In this document: positions 55,026-63,912 of the stretch, piece after piece
Numbering within the stretch: position 1 is the stretch's first letter
Layout: the number at the start of each line of letters is the position of its first letter
Virus record (IMG/VR): IMGVR_UViG_3300028588_000015
Span: 64,001 to 128,000 of that record
Source: a virus
Taxonomy: Duplodnaviria; Caudoviricetes
Length of the DNA stretch: 64,000 bases
Reading direction: 5' to 3' (one strand)
Program-made: the position numbers and the translations under genes
The notes under the pieces: generated by a model
What the model saw: only the letters and a program-made list of their open reading frames with translations
Databases searched by the model: none
What the model was told of the DNA's origin: nothing

Positions 55026-56054
55026 ATGAATGAAAATCGTAACCCTAAATTGGGTGTGTTTGTCGACGGTGTGCTTGCCTACTTACACCAACCGGCACAA
55101 CAACCCAAGCAACATGTGGCGGTGTCGTACAACGCGGACAACGACACCTACTGGTTTGTGTTGCAAAAAGAAGCAACACTGGTTGAAAACAAAACCAAAA
55201 CCGAACTGGAAAGCATGCGCGGCAAGCTTCCTCGGTTAGTCCAACTGGGGTACGTGGAAAACAACTCCGCCAAGCCTTTCCTTTTGCTTTTCATGAATGA
55301 ACGCGGCCCCTACAGCGACGGTACACCGCACACCCTCCCTTGCGCATCTTGCGACATAACCCAATCGCGCGACGCCATGAAGAGCATCTACAATTACTTA
55401 GTCGGTGGTCTCTTTACGCCGTCCTTAAGTTACGGAGCATACCGTCCCAGAGGGGCGGCCGACCCCAGTGTCGAGTATGTGAAAACAACAGACGCTGAGC
55501 CAGCAGTCATTGCTGCCCGGCGAGAACTCAAACAGAATCTGATGCGTGCCCAGCGCACCCGACTCATGACACGTGAACGCGCTATTTTCGCTGCCACGTA
55601 TTTCCTCGACTACTCCGGGTGGGAACCGTATAACAACGAGGACTACACCAAAGAAGAACTGGACGCCATCGAAGAAAGGTTCGAAAAGAATAGTATTCCC
55701 AAGTACAGTGAAGACATCAATGCGCAGCAGCGTCTTGCTATTTATCTTGTTCTGAACGACGCCATGAATGTGAACCATGCACTCCATGCGCAGATGCTCG
55801 CGCCAGTATTACTGGGTGCCAGTGTTCACGGGTTACGACTACGGACCCAATTGAAGAACCTCCTGACGTGGCATGGCATTTATTTTGTTGGCCAATTGAC
55901 TGAACGATTTGCCCACGAACTCATCCGGGCCGACGGTATTGGTAAAACGTCGATCGCGCAAATCGAACGCGAATTAGAGCGTGTCGGCCTGTCACTCAAG
56001 AAAACCCCCCTTCCCTTTAAAATTACTTCAAAAAGGAACAGAAAAAATGGCTGA
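55026..56054 (+). CDS. protein with a C-terminal RNA polymerase alpha-CTD-like domain
   Basis: APVLLGASVHGLRLRTQLKNLL...IYFVGQL.ER...EL...GIGKTSIAQI...L...GLSL aligns with RpoA-CTD ([21 protein letters not shown]...IHYIGDL.QR...ELL...NLGKKSLTEI..VL..RGLSL). Confidence 0.75.
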   Translation: MNENRNPKLGVFVDGVLAYLHQPAQQPKQHVAVSYNADNDTYWFVLQKEATLVENKTKTELESMRGKLPRLVQLGYVENNSAKPFLLLFMNERGPYSDGTPHTLPCASCDITQSRDAMKSIYNYLVGGLFTPSLSYGAYRPRGAADPSVEYVKTTDAEPAVIAARRELKQNLMRAQRTRLMTRERAIFAATYFLDYSGWEPYNNEDYTKEELDAIEERFEKNSIPKYSEDINAQQRLAIYLVLNDAMNVNHALHAQMLAPVLLGASVHGLRLRTQLKNLLTWHGIYFVGQLTERFAHELIRADGIGKTSIAQIERELERVGLSLKKTPLPFKITSKRNRKNG

Positions 56055-56847
56055 TACACCCTACAATCCAGATCGAGACCGGCAATTGATTCCCCACCAC
56101 TTACGTACCGTGCTAGCGGCAGCATGCTATAGCGTCATGAACATCGACAATGCTAGGACCCACGTGGGCGAAGCCCGTGAAGTTCTGGCGATGAACGCAC
56201 GCAAAGTGCCGGTCTGGGTGGACGAACTCACACCCGAGCAATGCACCATACTCCATGAATTCGTGGAGAGTAACAAGATTCCCGAAGGGTTCAAACGCCT
56301 GTCGCACGCGGTCCGGGCGGTCATCGCACAGAACTACTTCGACTGGGTGGTGGTCCTGTCAGCGCATGAAGAAGACCAGGTCATCGAGGCCAATGCAATG
56401 GATGCCATGGGTGTGCCGATGTTCGAGCATCAACTCAACAAGACGCAGCGCGAATATCTCGCACTTAACCCACTCGTCGAGATGGGAAGCGAACCCATCA
56501 AAAAGATACTCGCTGCGCCGGCGCCGTTGGAATCGCCCGAGGCCGTCGTCAAGAAAATGGCTGAGGCACTCACGACCGATCAACTCGACGATCTCATCGG
56601 CATCCTGAACCTGCGGCGTTCCGCTGTCAGTCACAACGCACAAAACGAACCGGGCAAGAAGTATGAGCTGCTCACCTGGGAACCGGACGAACAGGGCTTC
56701 ATTTCCGATGAACCGACCGTCGTCAGCAGCCATGCGACGCCTGACGAAGCCGATCTGGCAATGGAGCGCTTCAATGCCCGCCAAGTGTTCGCCGACATTT
56801 TGCTGTTCCAGAAAGACCTGAAAGAAGGTGGACGTGATGCTCAATGA
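56047..56847 (+). CDS. hypothetical protein
   Basis: Start reassigned to the ATG at 56047 (AAGGA RBS). Confidence 0.65.
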   Translation: MADTPYNPDRDRQLIPHHLRTVLAAACYSVMNIDNARTHVGEAREVLAMNARKVPVWVDELTPEQCTILHEFVESNKIPEGFKRLSHAVRAVIAQNYFDWVVVLSAHEEDQVIEANAMDAMGVPMFEHQLNKTQREYLALNPLVEMGSEPIKKILAAPAPLESPEAVVKKMAEALTTDQLDDLIGILNLRRSAVSHNAQNEPGKKYELLTWEPDEQGFISDEPTVVSSHATPDEADLAMERFNARQVFADILLFQKDLKEGGRDAQ

Positions 56848-57238
56848 AAGTCATATCGCCGCGCTTTGGGATCTTTTGCAAGAGCGCGCACCGCTGCGGG
56901 TCATTCGTAATGACGAAGATTACGCGGCAGTAAAAGCGACGGCCGATAGTCTGGCCGACCTAGTGGGGGATGATGTAAGCCATCCTCTCTTCCCGATGTT
57001 TGATTTGGCGATGGCCTTGATCGACAAGTGGAAAGAGTCCATCACGATTCCGGATGTCAAATCTAAATACGTTTTGATGCACTTGATGTTCGAGCATAAC
57101 CTGGCGCCGGCCCAGATGAAAGACATTGCTTCCGAGTCCCACATCATGGCGATTTTGAAAGGCAGTCGCCCCATCAGTAGCCGCTTGGCTAAAAAGTTGA
57201 CCAAGCGGTTTAATGTCGGTATCTCGGCATTCATTTAA
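56837..57238 (+). CDS. HigA-like antitoxin / HTH regulator, orphan
   Basis: IRNDEDY..V....D.L.D.VGDD..HPL..M.DL....ID.W, then L.HLM.EHNL....M...S...I..IL.G.R.IS...AKKL..RF.V...FI. Confidence 0.8.
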   Translation: MLNESHIAALWDLLQERAPLRVIRNDEDYAAVKATADSLADLVGDDVSHPLFPMFDLAMALIDKWKESITIPDVKSKYVLMHLMFEHNLAPAQMKDIASESHIMAILKGSRPISSRLAKKLTKRFNVGISAFI

Positions 57239-57262
57239 CTATCATAGAAAGAGGAAAGTACT

Positions 57263-57721
57263 ATGCTGAAAGTACAAGAACAAAACAACAACGAGTCGAT
57301 CCCGCAATACGTACGCGGCATCGTGGCGACCGTTATCGAAGAACTCAAGGGCGAGGAGAACGGCGAACTGCTGGTCAATCACAATATCGGTTCGCAGCAT
57401 ACCTGGCTGATGTTCTCCCTCGGCAACAATGAACATCACTACGTGGCCAAGCTGTCGCATGTCGTGTATCCAGAAGAAACGCTCGTCACTGTCTTCGAAG
57501 ACCGGCGCGATCCGAAGGTCATCCCGATGGAGGCAGGGAAACACCCTATTGTTCTTCCGACGACCAAGACCCGTCATTATCAGCCGAAGAAATACTTCGG
57601 CATGAGCGAACGCGGCGGCCTGAACAGCGCCGTCTACGTGACCGATGTGACGCGGCGCGATGAATCGTTCATGCCGGCCGACATCATCGGTTTCCTCCGC
57701 CACGGCGTGATGCCGAATTAA
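57263..57721 (+). CDS. hypothetical protein
   Basis: GAGGA RBS; high GC3. Confidence 0.7.
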   Translation: MLKVQEQNNNESIPQYVRGIVATVIEELKGEENGELLVNHNIGSQHTWLMFSLGNNEHHYVAKLSHVVYPEETLVTVFEDRRDPKVIPMEAGKHPIVLPTTKTRHYQPKKYFGMSERGGLNSAVYVTDVTRRDESFMPADIIGFLRHGVMPN

Positions 57722-57755
57722 TTTCAACCGCAGTCAACCACAGAGGAGTATTACC

Positions 57756-58268
57756 ATGACCATCGATAACAAAGAGAACGCACCACAAGAACCGATTCGC
57801 ATCATCGTGACGGGTCCCAGCGCCTCAGGCAAAACAGCGATCGTGGGCCTGATCGCTGAATTACTCGAGCGCACGGCGGGATTCACTGACATCGTCATCA
57901 CGAACCCAGAAGAAACGTTGAGTGGTATCCGGGAAAAGATGTCCGCGCTCGTCTCGGGCGAAATGAACGCCGTCTTCGATGTCTGCTCGCGCGCGGTCGA
58001 AATCTCGGAAACCGGGCCGCTGACATACGGTCTCGAACAAGACTTCCGCGGTCATGAACGAGCTACCGGTATCGCCTACCATGTGTGGGCGGGCGAGGAC
58101 GCCGGCAAAATGGTTTCGTCCAGGGAAGCGATGGATGCGGCACAGGGGGTCGCTGAAAAGATCGACAGCGTCGATTCGGCGACCAATAACTTCGACAACA
58201 ACGTCAACATCTGTAACCAATGGGCGATTCGCCAGGAGCATCTCGACAACTACGACGTAAAGAAATAA
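57756..58268 (+). CDS. small protein with Walker A (P-loop) motif
   Basis: IIVTGPSASGKTAIVGLIAELL; no clear Walker B. Confidence 0.6.
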   Translation: MTIDNKENAPQEPIRIIVTGPSASGKTAIVGLIAELLERTAGFTDIVITNPEETLSGIREKMSALVSGEMNAVFDVCSRAVEISETGPLTYGLEQDFRGHERATGIAYHVWAGEDAGKMVSSREAMDAAQGVAEKIDSVDSATNNFDNNVNICNQWAIRQEHLDNYDVKK

Positions 58269-58279
58269 GTAATCAAAAG

Positions 58280-58298
58280 AATTACGGGCACATATCAC
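58280..58298 (+). promoter_or_regulatory. early phage promoter motif
   Basis: AATTACGGGCACATATCAC. Confidence 0.7.
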
Positions 58299-58363
58299 CT
58301 AAGGGTAAGTGTAACCCACTTACTCTTGGGGTTTTTTAACAATCACAAAGAAGGGGAAGTATC

Positions 58364-58585
58364 ATGGCACTGACAATTGAAAATGGCGACAAATTCCGTA
58401 AAGCGCTGGCGGACAAGAAAATGACGCAAGGCGATTTGCATATTGCGATCGCTACGTATGTCGAAAAGAAAATCCATGCGGTTTCGCAGCGCGTGACAGC
58501 TGCGCACAATCTGCGTAAAGAACTGAGCCGAGGCGTGATGTCGGACAAGGTCCTCGCCAAGGGTCTCAAGATTATCGGCGCTTAA
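58364..58585 (+). CDS. small basic early protein
   Basis: AAGGGG RBS. Confidence 0.65.
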   Translation: MALTIENGDKFRKALADKKMTQGDLHIAIATYVEKKIHAVSQRVTAAHNLRKELSRGVMSDKVLAKGLKIIGA

Positions 58586-58619
58586 TTCAACAACCAATTA
58601 GAAAGAAAGAAAAAAGAAC

Positions 58620-60203
58620 ATGAACACGAACAAAAACAAAGAACTGTCGTACGAAGCCCGCATGTCGTTGGCCATCACTCTTTACGGTGCCGTCGACATC
58701 GCATCTGGCGCCATCTTCGGCAAGAACAGGGTGATCGAAAAAATGGACCAACTCGGTGTCCCGAAATTCGAATCCGAGCTTACCCCAAAACAACGACAAG
58801 TGCTGGAAGAAAAGGGCCACCTGATTCGCGAAGTGAATCTGGAAAACCCGAAGCAAAATATCCTGTTCGATCAAGAACCATCTGTCGGTGATTTCCGCGA
58901 CCGCGCGCAAAACCTTGAAAAGCCGCTCAACGACGGCGGCGTGTACCACCTCGACGTGTCGCATGGACCGAATGGTTGGCTAGTGGCGCACCATCTGTTT
59001 CATGCACTGAAAGTGCAGGGTGTTTCGATGGAACTGGCCGACGGTACTTTCGTCGATCCGACTGTCCTCGAAGCAGTGCTTGCTGAATCGGGCTGGAACT
59101 GGCAACAAAGCAAGTTCGTGATCGTGCTGCCGGTCTTGAAGGACATCAAAGAGAAGGCCGACGCGTACAACACAATGTACCGGGAAGCAGCCGAAGCGGC
59201 CAGCGCCCTCGAAGACGCCCAAGCGAAGTACACCGAAGCCATGCTCAAGCTGGGCAAAAACCCGGCGCCGGCGATGTTCAAGCCGCAATCCTCGGGCCAG
59301 CCTTTCACCGACGACAACCGTAAGCCGAGCTGGTTGGGTGATGCGCCGGCCAGCCAAGAACATCCCAGCTTCTTTGACGTTCCACGCACCAATTCTGAGA
59401 TCAATCGAGAATCGTTTAGGCACGTGCCGTTCGATGTGCTCGAGCGCGTATTTAAGACTCTTGATCGCGAGATGGTACTCAAAATGTACAGTTTGGAGCT
59501 GAACGAATACGAGGCCATCAAGGAAGCATTGAAGTGCGGTTTCCAGGTTCTCTGGCAAAAGAGTACCGCCATGTTGTATGTAACGGATATACCCATCTCG
59601 TCGCAGGCGGGCATTGAAGGCTTTGCGGCATATATCCAAGATACACGCAAGGCAGAACGTCGCCTGAATCAAGCAAGTCACCGTATTACCCGGCGCTTTA
59701 TTTTGAATGCTCGTCTTGATTCCATGCCAGTTCGCCGCATGGAATTGAATAACCTGCCGATTTCCATGGTGGTGAATGACTTCACGGGATGGCGGCGCGT
59801 TGCGGCGATGCGCTACTACGGTCTGAGCGAGGCAGAAGTCGGTGGCTTCCTGCGCAGCGTACGCAGCGGCTATCGTGCCATCATCAAGGCCGACGGTACG
59901 CTTGGCGGGGACAGCGTCATGCCGGTCGATAAGGAAAAAGGGTTCGGTGGTCACTTGGTGTACGAAAAGGGTGCCGGTCTTATCGGCGGCGACATCAGTC
60001 CTGAGCGACACCAAGAATTGATGTCGGCATTCCGGAAGATTCAGCAATATCCGACGGGCTTCTACATGAAGGAACCGGTTCCAACTCAGCCCGCTGATGT
60101 TAGCGATGATTTTCAGGGCGAGCAGTTGAATGGTACGATCGAATTGCCGGAGAAAGAAAATTTCGATAACCCGCCGACGCCAGAAGAACCGCCGCAATCG
60201 TAA
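58620..60203 (+). CDS. hypothetical protein (527 aa)
   Basis: Long ORF; internal repeat R.....Y.L...E........G(F/Y). Confidence 0.75.
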   Translation: MNTNKNKELSYEARMSLAITLYGAVDIASGAIFGKNRVIEKMDQLGVPKFESELTPKQRQVLEEKGHLIREVNLENPKQNILFDQEPSVGDFRDRAQNLEKPLNDGGVYHLDVSHGPNGWLVAHHLFHALKVQGVSMELADGTFVDPTVLEAVLAESGWNWQQSKFVIVLPVLKDIKEKADAYNTMYREAAEAASALEDAQAKYTEAMLKLGKNPAPAMFKPQSSGQPFTDDNRKPSWLGDAPASQEHPSFFDVPRTNSEINRESFRHVPFDVLERVFKTLDREMVLKMYSLELNEYEAIKEALKCGFQVLWQKSTAMLYVTDIPISSQAGIEGFAAYIQDTRKAERRLNQASHRITRRFILNARLDSMPVRRMELNNLPISMVVNDFTGWRRVAAMRYYGLSEAEVGGFLRSVRSGYRAIIKADGTLGGDSVMPVDKEKGFGGHLVYEKGAGLIGGDISPERHQELMSAFRKIQQYPTGFYMKEPVPTQPADVSDDFQGEQLNGTIELPEKENFDNPPTPEEPPQS

Positions 60204-60257
60204 TTCACCAGGAGGGACACCGAAATGTCCCTCCTTCTCATTAAGAAAGGAGAAAGC

Positions 60258-60569
60258 ATGTTTGACCTGAATGTATTGTTGGCGCAAATTCGCCAGTTTG
60301 AAGAAGTTACATGTATTCGCATTTTCCAGAAAGATGGCATTTACGATCTGGGGGGTATCAAAAACATCACTCTGCTGTCGGATGACTTTCGTGGTCTAGT
60401 CCATGCCATTTATCTTAACTTGATAATGTACGTGCGTGGACGCGATATCAGTTTCGTACAGGAACATGCAGATGAAATGGAGAACCACGGTTACTCCGTC
60501 CGTACTGAAGGCGAAGGAAGTGATCTGGTGTGCTTCCTGAAAACATCCGTTGGCGACCTGAAGTTCTAG
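60258..60569 (+). CDS. hypothetical protein
   Basis: AAGGAG RBS, ATG at 60258. Confidence 0.6.
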   Translation: MFDLNVLLAQIRQFEEVTCIRIFQKDGIYDLGGIKNITLLSDDFRGLVHAIYLNLIMYVRGRDISFVQEHADEMENHGYSVRTEGEGSDLVCFLKTSVGDLKF

Positions 60570-60571
60570 GC

Positions 60572-60605
60572 ATAAAAAGCAAGGGAGTTCCCTTGCTTTT
60601 TTTTC
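60572..60605. terminator. bidirectional terminator
   Basis: AAAAAGCAAGGGA/TCCCTTGCTTTTT. Confidence 0.85.
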
Positions 60606-60631
60606 TTTGTTCGTTTAAGTGATTGGAGAAT

Positions 60632-60649
60632 ATTGCGATCACATATCAT
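60632..60649 (+). promoter_or_regulatory. early phage promoter motif
   Basis: ATTGCGATCACATATCAT. Confidence 0.55.
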
Positions 60650-60698
60650 CGCCCTGTAATGACGATGGTGTCATTCTTTTTCAATCATTGGAGCAATC

Positions 60699-61142
60699 AT
60701 GGCCCGTGTTAACAAACAGTTCTCTATCCACCTGAATTTCAACTATGCGTTTCACGCTTGGTACGACATCATGCAAGAAGCCGAAGATGTCGCCACCTTG
60801 GCCAAAGCGTGCGAGCTTTACCGCGAGTTTGAAGAAGCCGACGAATTGGGGATGAAGGAACTCATTTCGGTAAACTCCGATAAACTCATGCGCCTGAGCG
60901 ACGAGGTAAGGCAGAAACATACCAGCACGTTGATGGTGCTTCGCACGCAGTGGGAGACAGTGGTCAAGTACAAGATTCAAGAAAGCTTGGACACCGACAA
61001 GACCATCACCCAGATCGAGGCCATTACGAAACTCACCAAACAGATCATTCGCGACGATCAACATTATCGTCACCGGATGTCCACCACGATGGCGATGCGC
61101 GTCGCACTGGAAGTGGGTTTGGAATTGATCAAGGCTCTTTGA
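60699..61142 (+). CDS. helical hypothetical protein
   Basis: GGAG RBS. Confidence 0.7.
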   Translation: MARVNKQFSIHLNFNYAFHAWYDIMQEAEDVATLAKACELYREFEEADELGMKELISVNSDKLMRLSDEVRQKHTSTLMVLRTQWETVVKYKIQESLDTDKTITQIEAITKLTKQIIRDDQHYRHRMSTTMAMRVALEVGLELIKAL

Positions 61143-61196
61143 GTAGTTACGTTTTCATTTGAAGTGAATTAATTAAAAAGAAAGAAGGAAAAAGAA

Positions 61197-61601
61197 ATGG
61201 CAAAGAACGTAAAGAAAGTAAGCGCACGCAAGACAGGCCCGATGCCCGTGGTGACCAACTTCTACGGGACCAGCGGCCGGGTGGTGCTGTGGACCAACCG
61301 CGCCTACGACGAAGAGAACGCCGTCGACCGCGCGTTCCGTTACATGCGACGCAATGAGTACGGCGCCTTTGTGGCCGAAGTGTCGAACTCAGAGACCGGT
61401 GAACTCTACGCCGTGATCATCCACTCGGTGGTGGGTGAAATCAGGGCCATCTTCCGCCGCGATCCGACCACGAAGGTGATCGTAACCGATTTCGATGTGC
61501 GCCTCGTGGAAAGCGCAAAGGGGGAAGATGTGGATCTCATCAATCTGATCCTCCAAGAGAGCCGGCTGGAAAAGAAGATCCAGGAGAAAGTCAATGGATA
61601 G
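61197..61601 (+). CDS. hypothetical protein
   Basis: AAGGA RBS; high GC3. Confidence 0.7.
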   Translation: MAKNVKKVSARKTGPMPVVTNFYGTSGRVVLWTNRAYDEENAVDRAFRYMRRNEYGAFVAEVSNSETGELYAVIIHSVVGEIRAIFRRDPTTKVIVTDFDVRLVESAKGEDVDLINLILQESRLEKKIQEKVNG

Positions 61602-62118
61602 GACTACTGAATCTGCGATCAAAAAAGCGCAACACTTATCAAAGCTAAATTTACCTCTATCCATAAGTGAAGCCGTGTACAAGTTGTATCTTCGGCTAAA
61701 GCAAATAAAGACAAAAGCAAAAAACGAAGGAAAGGACATCGCAGTCGACTTTGTTTTCAAAAGTGCCGAGAAAGACACCATGGCCGAGGTATATCTTCTC
61801 CCTAACGGGCTGGATAAAAATGAATATCACAATCACTGTCAACATGGTGTGCTAATTGCTTCGCTGCCTAGGAGAAATTCCGACTTGGTGATAGTTTTTA
61901 TGAAATTCCAAATCACCTCCGGCAAGCGGAAATTAATTAGCAATGAAAGAAAGCTCTATCCAACCAAACGCCCTAGGAAAGCGAATCTTGCTACCCAAGA
62001 AATTATTTGGGCTGCACAGAATCAAGTAACCTTAGGTGACATGAGTAAAATGGAAGATGATGTCTTGGATTTTTTGTTCAAAGACATCGAACCGCAACAA
62101 GGAGATATCAATGGATAA
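61594..62118 (+). CDS. hypothetical protein, paralogue of 62111-62605
   Basis: Shared MD....S....A..L..L.LP.S.S.AV; AT-rich coding sequence. Confidence 0.65.
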   Translation: MDRTTESAIKKAQHLSKLNLPLSISEAVYKLYLRLKQIKTKAKNEGKDIAVDFVFKSAEKDTMAEVYLLPNGLDKNEYHNHCQHGVLIASLPRRNSDLVIVFMKFQITSGKRKLISNERKLYPTKRPRKANLATQEIIWAAQNQVTLGDMSKMEDDVLDFLFKDIEPQQGDING

Positions 62119-62605
62119 AAGCTTTGGTTCGTTCTTGGAAACAGCAAAAGACTTAGCGGAATTACGGCTTCCACCCAGTGTATCGGACGCAGTGTTGGTA
62201 ATTCAAAACACCATGCAGGCGACCAAGAAAGCGTTTCGTGATCAAAACAAAGAGCATCACGCTCTCCTTTACATCGATCGTTTGGGTCCGGAATTCAAGC
62301 GCCCCGGTGTGTCGATCTGCTGGGTACCTGACGAGCGCAAAACATTTGGCTACGAGGCCAAAGCCGTGATCCATGTCACTGAAATTGATCCCTATACGAG
62401 TGACGTCATGCTGTTGGCGATGCGACTTAACATATCGCACCCCCTCGCTACGGTACGGTATCGCCGGTACTGCAAGGACGATTACCGTAACCTCTCACGT
62501 GCCGCAGCAACGCAAGCGGCGTCGCACGGGATTACGCTACACAACATGCAGGACATCGGCCAGTACGTAATCGCATACCTGATGAAAATCCAAGAAACCC
62601 CATAA
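62111..62605 (+). CDS. hypothetical protein, paralogue of 61594-62118
   Basis: AAGGAG RBS, ATG at 62111. Confidence 0.7.
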   Translation: MDKSFGSFLETAKDLAELRLPPSVSDAVLVIQNTMQATKKAFRDQNKEHHALLYIDRLGPEFKRPGVSICWVPDERKTFGYEAKAVIHVTEIDPYTSDVMLLAMRLNISHPLATVRYRRYCKDDYRNLSRAAATQAASHGITLHNMQDIGQYVIAYLMKIQETP

Positions 62606-62621
62606 CAGGAGATTTACAAGA

Positions 62622-63029
62622 ATGGCGCAGCCTATTATTGACCATCTGCTCAGCAGGATTAACAACTTAATGGAGCACACTGACAGCAATAAGTGCTGCG
62701 TCGCATCGCAGGACCCGCGTGATCTCAGCGGCATGACTGACCCTAGCTTTTTGGCTTGGCTTCGTAAGAAAGACAAGCCCACCGACAAGGTGTGCGGGCA
62801 GCATGGCGTAAAGCTAAGCTTACAGACCCGCCACGACAGCGCGGGTGAGAAAGCGTACGTATTGATGTTTGACGATAAAGATGAGATGCACTGCGCCATT
62901 CGTCAATACCGGGTCAGTGATGATGCAGTAAGCGTACTTGCTGGCACCAAAGATTTGTCGTCGATGATTGTCGACGTCGTTGCATTTTTGTTGTGGCGCA
63001 CCATGCCGGCTGCGCCACGCACGGATTAA
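62622..63029 (+). CDS. hypothetical protein
   Basis: AGGAG RBS. Confidence 0.65.
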   Translation: MAQPIIDHLLSRINNLMEHTDSNKCCVASQDPRDLSGMTDPSFLAWLRKKDKPTDKVCGQHGVKLSLQTRHDSAGEKAYVLMFDDKDEMHCAIRQYRVSDDAVSVLAGTKDLSSMIVDVVAFLLWRTMPAAPRTD

Positions 63030-63047
63030 CCCAAAGGAGATATTGAC

Positions 63048-63428
63048 ATGCAGCAGCATACTGACATCAATCGCGTCATCGACACCATCTACACCTTGGC
63101 CAATAACAAGATCCAGACGGTACCGAAGAACGCATCGGTGATCCGGGCCACTTCCAGCGAGGCGCTCCATGATCTCGCTATCGCGCAGTACGAGCGCGTG
63201 GCAATGATCTTTCCCGTGGAAGACGTGGCTCACGAAGTCGATCAAGTCGGTCTCGTCCTGTACACGAGCTACGGCGGCATGGAAATGACCAAGCAACTCA
63301 TTTTCATGCCAGCAGAAGAAAATGGGATGGTGAACTTTCCCTTGGCTGGGATGGACCGCCGTACCAACGCGCAGCTGGCGAACATCGTGACCGAGTTCAT
63401 CTGCACCGGGAATATGCCACCACAATAG
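63048..63428 (+). CDS. hypothetical protein
   Basis: AAGGAG RBS; high GC3. Confidence 0.7.
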   Translation: MQQHTDINRVIDTIYTLANNKIQTVPKNASVIRATSSEALHDLAIAQYERVAMIFPVEDVAHEVDQVGLVLYTSYGGMEMTKQLIFMPAEENGMVNFPLAGMDRRTNAQLANIVTEFICTGNMPPQ

Positions 63429-63437
63429 GAGTGGGTG

Positions 63438-63851
63438 ATGGACAATAAACCCAAGATCGTTATCCTCGATATCAAAAAAGAGTTCGATGCTTTTTGTAAG
63501 CGGGTCGAACCTTTGCTTGTGGGTACCGATTATACGCCAAGCGGACTCATCGAGTTCGTCTGGATAAGTTTCGGGGATCGCCAGATTATGGACGACATGA
63601 TCCCCGACGCTATCGATACCATTCTTCCCGAGGAAGAGTACGACGGTCCAATGTGCCATGAAAATGTGAGGCAACTGTCAAGTGAACTCTGGAACTTTTG
63701 TAGAACACTGGCTTTTCACCTCAACAGCAACGAACTCTACGGTAGCGATAACCTCATGCCGTATCACCTGCGTTTTCATCCGCATCTCGGTTTGTATCTC
63801 AAGTACGATACTGAATGGAAAAAGGAACTCGAAAAACTGCGTAGTTACTAA
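63438..63851 (+). CDS. phiKZ-like hypothetical protein (paralogue of 39236 and 39609)
   Basis: IVILD N-terminus and LYGSDNLMPYHL C-terminus; AGGAG RBS. Confidence 0.65.
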   Translation: MDNKPKIVILDIKKEFDAFCKRVEPLLVGTDYTPSGLIEFVWISFGDRQIMDDMIPDAIDTILPEEEYDGPMCHENVRQLSSELWNFCRTLAFHLNSNELYGSDNLMPYHLRFHPHLGLYLKYDTEWKKELEKLRSY

Positions 63852-63853
63852 TG

Positions 63854-63885
63854 AAAAGGCGTTACTTCGGTAACGCTTTTTATGC
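63854..63885 (+). terminator. intrinsic terminator (UUCG loop)
   Basis: GCGTTAC-TTCG-GTAACGC-TTTTT. Confidence 0.85.
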
Positions 63886-63912
63886 GTAAAAAATAAAGAA
63901 AAGGAAAGAAAA

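Noticed and set aside
59700-59880. Possible third alpha-CTD-like segment in the 527-aa protein (PVRRMELN...GLSEAEV)
   Set aside because: Too few conserved positions; better explained as an internal repeat with the ~59460-59560 segment.
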